Source of the DNA: an uncultured Acidobacteriota bacterium | GTDB taxonomy: Bacteria > Acidobacteriota > Vicinamibacteria > Vicinamibacterales > CAVVIG01 | Direction: 5' to 3' | NCBI GenBank assembly: GCA_963755195.1 | Contig: CAVWIZ010000003.1 | Span: 44,154 to 108,153 of the forward strand | Length of the DNA: 64,000 nucleotides | Shown: positions 57,865 to 64,000 of the stretch, piece by piece | How positions within the stretch are numbered: position 1 is the stretch's first letter | Layout of the letters: every line of letters begins with the position of its first letter | Translations under genes and position numbers: made by a program | The notes under the pieces: generated by a model | What the model was told of the DNA's origin: nothing | Seen by the model: only the letters and a program-made list of their open reading frames with translations | Database searches by the model: none

Positions 57865-57921
57865 CTTACCCAATTACTCGATTACCCGATTACCCGATTA
57901 CCCAATTACCCAATTACCAGA
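57865..57921 (-). repeat. YGGGTAAT octamer array (7 units) between the TonB-receptor stop and its terminator
   Basis: Minus strand reads TAA-TCTGGTAAT-TGGGTAAT-TGGGTAAT-CGGGTAAT-CGGGTAAT-CGAGTAAT-TGGGTAAG, then the terminator hairpin. Confidence 0.9.
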
Positions 57922-60900
57922 TTAGAAGTCAAACGTCGCCGACACTTTCAGCAGTCGCGGCGCGACGACAGCCGTCGGCGCGAGCCACGTCGAGTAGATC
58001 GCGCTGGCGCCGCTCAGCACCCCCGAGTTGAACAGGTTGTACATGTCCAGGCTGACGTTGGTTCGAGTGCGGCCGAAGCGAAGGATCTTCCCGAAGCGTA
58101 CGTCGATCTGGTTGAAGCGCTCGCCATACAAGGAGCCCGGTTGGACAAGGCCCACAGATGTGGTCCCGGTTGGGACGCCTCCGGTCGGAAGCCGGCCGAG
58201 TCCCCCTTGGGACACCGGTCTCGCGACGTCGGGTTCGGCGCCGCGTAGGTTGCCGCGTACTCGAGGCCGGGAATGCTCTGGTATGAAGCGCCGATCTGCA
58301 CGTCGACCTTCGGCACCGTGTACGACCCCAGGAACTTCACCTGAGGCAGCCACTTCTGCTCCATCCGGCACGTGGCCAGCGAATTGTTCACGCCGAGCAC
58401 GGTCAGCATTTCGATGAGCGCCTTGGGACCGGCCTTCGCGGGATCCTCGACGTCGCAGAAGTCCGTCGTCTGGTGCCCGGTGCTGAGGCCTCCCTGGAAG
58501 ATGATCCCGCGAGGGAGCCGTGCGTTGAGGCCGATGTCATACCCGAACCAGTGGTCGATCACGTTGCTCCCGGGGAACATCGTGTCCGACAGTCCGGTCA
58601 GGTTGTTGACCGCGATGCCGGCGTTGACGTTGTAGAACTGGGTCTGGTTGTAGCCGGTCGGCAACTGCTGGCCGCCGGAAGACACCCCAGCCGGCGGGGC
58701 CGGGCTGATGCTGAACGACGTGTAGTCGGCCGCGACGGAGGACGTGTTGTCGGTGATCAGGAAGTTGCCGAACCACCGCTTGTAGACACCACCGTAGACG
58801 GAAATGCCTCTGTCCAACTCGCGCTGGACGCTGACCGAGAACTCCCAGCTGTATGGACGCTTGCCCCAACCGTAGCGCGCATCGTCCTGCACGGCGAGGT
58901 TCGGAATCAGCGTATTGCTGTAGAAGTTGGCGTTCGCGCCCACCGGGGCGAGGCACGTGTCCACCTGGTTCTGCGAGCCGGTGAGCGTCGGCCCCTGAGC
59001 CGCAGGATTCGCCAGGTCGCAGTCCGGAATGAAGTTCTTGTTGTTGTCCGTCCACGTTCGGGACGAGGTCAACTGAAGGTTGTAGCCGGGCTGGCTCGCA
59101 AGGCCGCCAATCACGAGCGCCTGGCCGAGCACATACCGGCCGACGTTGGCCTTGATGGCCGTCTTCCCGTCGCCGAACAGGTCGTAGGCGGCACCGACTT
59201 TCGGCGTCCAGTCCTTGTAGCGCGTCGTGCTGAAGGCCGGGACATCGTAATTCCGGTTCGGCGTGAGCAGCGACCCACCCAGATGGAACGCCGGGTTCTC
59301 GGAGAAGAACCAGTCGATGCGGAAGCCGCCGCTGACCGTCAAGCGGTTCATCGTCCACTTGTCCTGAATGAAGATGCCGCCCTCGCTGGTCACTTTGTTG
59401 GGTGAGCCCGCCGCGTCGGTCGGACACAATCCCTGGATCGACGTGTGCCCCCCGACGAAGCTGCCACTGACCAGACGACGAAGTGGATCCGTGCATCCGT
59501 CCGAACGGAGGGAGATGCTGACCGGCACAGGTATGCCGACCCCGACGCCGTTGTTCGGCAGCGTGCTCACGACGTAGCTGTAGGGGATGACAGAGTTGTG
59601 GTCGTTCCACCGGAATGCGCCGTTCAAGTCGAAGCCAGCCTTCACCGAATGGGAGCCGGTCACGTACGACGCGGCGAAGTTGCCGCGGTAGTTGGGATTG
59701 TGGCTGCCAGTATCGGTCTGCCCGACGCGGCCGTGGTAATTCTGAATGAGCTGCGTGTAGCCCGGTACGAGCGTCTGTGGAGCGTTGTCCGTCACGCCGA
59801 CGGCCAGCGGATCCGTCAAGTCCGGACCACCGAGCTTGCCTCCCCACGTTTCCTGATGGCGCCAGAAGCCCGCCTCGAGCAGCAGCTTGTTCGTCATCGG
59901 CGCCGACCACTGGACCAGGTTGTCCGAGAAGGGGAAGAAGTACGCCTCGTTCAACGACTCGTGGGACGTATTCGTGAGGCCGTTGGTCGACGTCCGCTTC
60001 TTGTTGTTGTAGTAGAAGCCGAACTTGTTCTTCGAGCTCGCCTGCCATGTCAGGCGCAGCGTCTGTTCCCAGAAGTGTCCGCCGCCTCCAAGCGTCGTGT
60101 CGAGCGGCAGGCTGGTGTTCGGCACGTAGGTCATGGTCGTCGCGTTGAGCAACGTTGCGGGGGTCGTGCCGACGACGAAGTTCTTGTTGGGGTAGTCGTT
60201 CGGAACTTCGTTCTTGGCCTGCGTCCAGCGCGCCGTCGCGAACCACCACAGCTTGTCCTTGGCAATCGGACCGCCGTACCCTGGATTGAAGTCGTAGACC
60301 GACACCAGCGCGCCCGGCTGAGCCACGAGGCCTCGGCAGAACATGCTGTCTGTCGGCGTGCAGGCGCCCGTGGCGTCGCGGGTGCCCGACGTGTAGTTGG
60401 TCCCCTGCATTGAGCTGTTCGCGCCCGAGAAGAACATCAGGCCCTTGAACGTGTTGCCGCCGTCGCGGGGCACGTAGTTGATCTGCACGCCGCCGCCGGC
60501 GAGCGACGCATCGGCGCCCGACGTGTTGACCGACATCTCCTGCATCGCGGTGAAGCTGGGCGAGCTGCTGAGCGATTCGCCGAAGCGAATCGTCGTCGCG
60601 GCCGAGAGGCCGCCGATCGTCTGGCGCTGTTCGGCCGGCTTGCCGCCGTGAATCGCGAGGTCGGTGAACGTATCGCCCGCCGTGCCGCCGACGTCCTGCG
60701 ACGCGAGCGCGTTGGTGTTGGCCGCGCCGACGCCGCCACCGGCGCCAAGGATGATTCCGGGCTGGAGGGCAGCCAGGTTGATCCCAAGGCGACCGGTCGG
60801 AATGGCGTCGACGATTTCCTTGGTGACCACCTTCTGCACGGCCGCGCTCTGGACGTCCACGAGCGGCGTCTCGCCGGTGACCGTGATGGTCTCTGCGACG

Positions 60901-61247
60901 GCGCCAACCTTCATGTCCGCGTTGATGGTCGCGATGAATGAACCCGTCAGCTCCACCCCGTCGCGCTTGAACGTGCTGAACCCGGGCAGCGTGAACGTGA
61001 CGGTGTAGGTGCCCGGGAGGAGCTGAATCACTTGATAGTGGCCGGACCCGTCGGTGACGGCCGTCCGCGTCTTTTCAATGAGCGCCGGGCTGGAGACCTC
61101 GACGGTCACGCCGGGCAACACCGCGCCGGAACTGTCTTTCACCGTGCCGGCAACCGATGCCTGCTGGGCGTACGCAGCCGCCGGGGCCAGGATCAAGCCC
61201 ACCAGGGCCACCAGCGCGATCAAGCCGAGCCGAAAAAATCCACGCAT
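57922..61247 (-). pseudogene. TonB-dependent receptor with CarboxypepD_reg-like N-domain, frame-disrupted near 58231-58233
   Basis: ORF 58014..61247 (SVAGTVKDSSGAVLPGVTVEV..TGETPLVDV..) is coherent to ..YAATYAAPN. ORF 57922..58371 supplies the receptor C-terminus (..LGRLPTGG..PGSLYGERFNQIDVRFGKILRF..LLKVSATFDF*) in the -1 frame. The junction is in a C/G run. Confidence 0.8.
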
Positions 61248-61453
61248 GCCTGTTTCCTCCTGTCAACGACTGTGACGGGGCTTATTACAACGTGTTTTTA
61301 GCGCCCCCCTTATGCGGAGTCAAGGCAAATTCGGCTCAAGGGCGGCCGAAGCGCACTACGATCCAACCAATTGGACAGGCTTCAGATTCGGCCGTTATTT
61401 CGACGAAGTGACGTCGCGAGCTGCCAGGTCCAACGTGTCGTCGGACCGGCGGT

Positions 61454-61513
61454 CACTTTCAACTTTCAACTTCGACTTTCACCTTTGCCCTTTACACTTT
61501 GCACTTTCTTTTC
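61454..61513. repeat. CTTTCAN-type heptamer array (about 8 units) in the TonB-receptor/pspC divergent region
   Basis: CACTTTC-AACTTTC-AACTTCG-ACTTTC-ACCTTTG-CCCTTTA-CACTTTG-CACTTTC-TTTTCC. AT-rich relative to the flanks. Confidence 0.8.
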
Positions 61514-61631
61514 CTGGAACCTGTCGCCGCCGCCGACCGTCTACGCCTACGAGTCGGAACACCCGAGTTCGGGCTGAAGGCCGGCAACGGGCTGATTCGG
61601 TACGCTCCAAGCGGGGACAAGGTAGCGCCGC

Positions 61632-62807
61632 ATGCAAAGAGTCGTCAGCATCAACCTCGACGGCAACGTGTATCCGCTCGACGAAAAAGGCTACACGGCG
61701 CTCTTTGCCTACCTCGATGCGACGGAAGCCCGGCTGAAAGACAGCGTGGACCGCGCGCGCATACTCGCGGACATCGAACGAACCATCGCAGAGAAATGCC
61801 AGGCTTGCCTCGGACCTCACAAGACCGTCATCACCGCGGGCGAAATAGACAAGATCCTTTCGGAGCTCGAGCCGGTATCGGGCGCGCCGGCCGACGCCGG
61901 CCGTGCGCCAGCCGCGGAGGGTGCCGCCAGCGCCGGCACGGGCGAGAAAGCACGCACGCAAAGCCACACGCAGAGCCACACGCACAGACGGCTGTACCAG
62001 ATACGAGAAGGCGGCATGGTCGGCGGCGTCTGTCTGGGGATCGCCACATTCCTCAACATCGACGTGACGATCATCCGAATTCTGTTCGTGCTGTTCGCCA
62101 TCTCGACCGGCGGCTGGGGCTTTCTGGCGTATGGGGGCCTGATGTTCATCCTGCCGCGCGCGACGACGCGCGAGCAGGCCCAAAAGCCGAGTGACGGCGA
62201 GCAACAGTGGCCGTGGGATCATGACGGCTGGCCGTGGGACCGCGACGGCTGGCCATGGGATCGCCACGGCTGGCCCTGGGACCGTCATGGCTGGCCGTGG
62301 GACCGCGACGATCGGCAGCAGTGGCGCCACGAACAGCGTCAGGCCCGCCACGAACAGCGACAGGCGAGGCACGAACAGCGACAGGAGCGGCACGAACAGC
62401 GTGCGGAACGGTCGCGAGACGGCGGCGGGCCGCAGTTGTTCAGCTCGCTCGTCATTGCGTTCTCCCTGATACTCGCCTTTGGCTGGCTGTCGTTCTGGAC
62501 GCGAGGCGGAGGCTACTTCGGCTGGCCGTTCTTCTGGGGCGGTCCGTTCTACTGGGGCTTCCCGCACTGGTTCAGCATCATCCTCTTCTTCATGCTGTTC
62601 CGCTTTCTGTTCATGCCGCTCCGCATCGCACGATGGGGTTGGTACGGCCATCCCGGCCACGGACCGTACGGGCATCCTTCCGCGATGTGGCAGGGCCTCA
62701 TCTGGCTCCTGATGATGAGCTTCTTCGCCTGGCTCGCCTTCCACTACATCCACGAAGTCCGCCACTTCATGCAGAACGTCCAGGCCGAGCTGCCCGAGCC
62801 CCGCTGA
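61632..62807 (+). CDS. PspC domain-containing membrane protein with internal tandem repeats
   Basis: 391-aa ORF. PspC domain RRLYQIREGGMVGGVCLGIATFLNIDVTIIRILFVLFAI. Followed by WPWD(H/R)(D/H)G x5 and HEQRQAR x4 repeats and an aromatic-rich TM region. Confidence 0.8.
   Translation: MQRVVSINLDGNVYPLDEKGYTALFAYLDATEARLKDSVDRARILADIERTIAEKCQACLGPHKTVITAGEIDKILSELEPVSGAPADAGRAPAAEGAASAGTGEKARTQSHTQSHTHRRLYQIREGGMVGGVCLGIATFLNIDVTIIRILFVLFAISTGGWGFLAYGGLMFILPRATTREQAQKPSDGEQQWPWDHDGWPWDRDGWPWDRHGWPWDRHGWPWDRDDRQQWRHEQRQARHEQRQARHEQRQERHEQRAERSRDGGGPQLFSSLVIAFSLILAFGWLSFWTRGGGYFGWPFFWGGPFYWGFPHWFSIILFFMLFRFLFMPLRIARWGWYGHPGHGPYGHPSAMWQGLIWLLMMSFFAWLAFHYIHEVRHFMQNVQAELPEPR
62208..62312 (+). repeat. 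coding 21-nt tandem repeat x5 (WPWD[HR][DH]G) in the PspC-domain gene
   Basis: TGGCCGTGGGAYCRYSAYGGC repeated five times in frame. Confidence 0.9.
62328..62411 (+). repeat. coding 21-nt tandem repeat x4 (HEQRQAR) in the PspC-domain gene
   Basis: CACGAACAGCGNCAGGNNNGN repeated four times in frame, 15 nt after the first array. Confidence 0.85.
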
Positions 62808-62826
62808 GAGCACGCGACAGAATCAG

Positions 62827-62854
62827 GGCTGAGAGCTAAGGGCTAAGTGCTGGG
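62827..62854 (+). repeat. NGCTRRG heptamer x4, 19 nt after the PspC-domain gene stop
   Basis: GGCTGAG-AGCTAAG-GGCTAAG-TGCTGGG. Confidence 0.7.
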
Positions 62855-62863
62855 CTCTTGCGC

Positions 62864-62869
62864 TAGAAT
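62864..62869 (+). promoter_or_regulatory. -10-like TAGAAT 32 nt upstream of the hydrolase ATG, with GAAGGA Shine-Dalgarno sequence
   Basis: gcgcTAGAATcagg...gtGAAGGAtgccgagccATG. Confidence 0.35.
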
Positions 62870-62901
62870 CAGGCCTTTCACAAAGTGAAGGATGCCGAGC
62901 C

Positions 62902-63876
62902 ATGTCTCATTCCGCAGACTTCGATCGACGTGAGTTGCTCAAACGGGCCGCGGCCCTGGCCACGGTCACGGCGGGAGCCGTGACGTCAGGCGCCAGTCAG
63001 GCGGCCGCGCAGCAGGACGCCGACACGCTCCGTTTCTTCCCCGCCGGCTTCAAACACGAAAAGGTTCAGACATCAGGCGCCACGATCAACGTCGTGCGCG
63101 GCGGCGACGGTCCCCCGCTCCTGCTCGTCCACGGCGCGCCGCAATCACACGTCGCCTGGCACATCGTCGCACCGCAATTCGCGAAAGATCGCACCGTCAT
63201 CATGCCGGACCTGCGCGGCTACGGCGACAGCAGCAAGTCGCCCGACACGCCAGACCACGTCAACTACTCGAAGCGCGCGATGGCGCTCGACATGGTCGAG
63301 GTGATGAAGCACTACGGCTTCGATCGCTTCCCCGTTGTCGGCCACGATCGCGGCGGGCGCGTCGGCCAGCGCCTCGCGCTCGACCATCCGGACAAGGTCA
63401 CGCACCTGACCGTGCTCGATATCGTGCCGACCTATTACCTCTACACACACGTGACGATCGAATTCGTGCAGGCGTACTACCACTGGTTCCACCAGCTGCG
63501 GCCCGCCCCGATTCCCGAGAACGAGATCTTCAAGACGAACGAAGCGGCCAAGGCGCGCGCCACTGATCCGATTCAGATCGAGTGGCTGCGCACGGCGTCC
63601 ACGATGGAGAACATCCACGCGATGTGCGAGGACTACCGCGCCGCCGCGTCGATCGATCTGCAGCACGACAAGGCGGACCTCGACAAGAAGATCACCTGTC
63701 CGCTGTCGACGCTGTGGGGCGAACGCGGGCCGATGGGCCGCATCTACGACGTGCTCGCGATCTGGAAGGAACGCGGCACGAAGGTCACCGGCAAAAGCCT
63801 TCCCGGCGGGCACAACCTGATGATCGACACACCCGACCAGGTGATCGCGGAAGTGCGGGCGCTGCTCCGTACGTAG
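62902..63876 (+). CDS. alpha/beta hydrolase, haloacetate-dehalogenase/epoxide-hydrolase-like, Tat-type signal
   Basis: 324-aa ORF. RRELLKRAAALA twin-arginine leader. LLLVHGAPQSH and VVGHDRGGRV (Asp nucleophile) motifs. Confidence 0.75.
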   Translation: MSHSADFDRRELLKRAAALATVTAGAVTSGASQAAAQQDADTLRFFPAGFKHEKVQTSGATINVVRGGDGPPLLLVHGAPQSHVAWHIVAPQFAKDRTVIMPDLRGYGDSSKSPDTPDHVNYSKRAMALDMVEVMKHYGFDRFPVVGHDRGGRVGQRLALDHPDKVTHLTVLDIVPTYYLYTHVTIEFVQAYYHWFHQLRPAPIPENEIFKTNEAAKARATDPIQIEWLRTASTMENIHAMCEDYRAAASIDLQHDKADLDKKITCPLSTLWGERGPMGRIYDVLAIWKERGTKVTGKSLPGGHNLMIDTPDQVIAEVRALLRT

Positions 63877-63877
63877 A

Positions 63878-63920
63878 GCGGGGCTTTCAGCCCCGCGGCA
63901 GCGGCCCTGAAAGGGCCGCT
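63878..63920 (+). terminator. two tandem GC hairpins after the hydrolase gene
   Basis: GCGGGGC-TTTCA-GCCCCGC (63878-96) and AGCGGCCC-TGAAA-GGGCCGCT (63900-20). Only a weak T-rich tail follows. Confidence 0.45.
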
Positions 63921-64000
63921 CTACCTGGTTTCGGTGACGCGGAGCGTCGAGTTCGCGGTCAGGCCTGCCGTCACGACCTGTTTGCGCCCGGACGGCCAGT

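Overview
Visibly GC-rich bacterial chromosomal segment (GC not computed). The gene content looks Acidobacteriota-like: a CarboxypepD_reg-type TonB receptor, a VWFA 'acidobacterial' domain protein and a Ser/Thr kinase fused to a TolB-like propeller. I found no transposase, integrase, phage, CRISPR, rRNA or tRNA signal by eye. Main blocks: (1) 1-15.6 kb, mostly minus-strand housekeeping and accessory enzymes (MOSC, cupin, DUF1684, RidA, methyltransferase, CE15-like esterase, SMP-30 propeller, sugar-phosphate isomerase, ASCH, DUF523, PEBP, NUDIX, DUF900 hydrolase, AadA-like NTase), followed by a lower-GC islet of orphan small proteins. (2) 15.7-27.5 kb, a 12-gene nuo operon in the order A-B-C-D-E-F-H-J-K-L-M-N, so nuoG and nuoI are missing. 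(3) 27.7-31.8 kb, a heavily frame-disrupted TPR gene, a VWA protein and a tandem-domain SagB/nitroreductase. (4) A 1580-aa Lhr helicase. (5) 36.7-45.6 kb, secreted enzymes plus NAD-type formate dehydrogenase fdsGBAD. (6) 45.8-52.4 kb, Uma2, M20 and M28 peptidases, an oxalate/formate-type MFS transporter and fdhD. (7) 52.5-64 kb, the kinase, yajQ, cytochrome c, an MBL hydrolase, the TonB receptor, a PspC-domain protein and a dehalogenase-like hydrolase. The most unusual thing I can support is not a gene cluster. It is a population of 7-8-nt tandem-repeat arrays that start at or just after stop codons in a fixed orientation. They include a YGGGTAAT octamer family at five loci (one inside a CDS linker) and CACGAAG-array hairpins inside the nuo operon. 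The second recurring issue is about 18-19 reading-frame disruptions, including in nuoC and nuoD and seven same-direction shifts in one TPR gene. These are most simply explained as assembly indels, but that needs read-level checking. All family calls come from motif recognition on the supplied translations; no searches were run.
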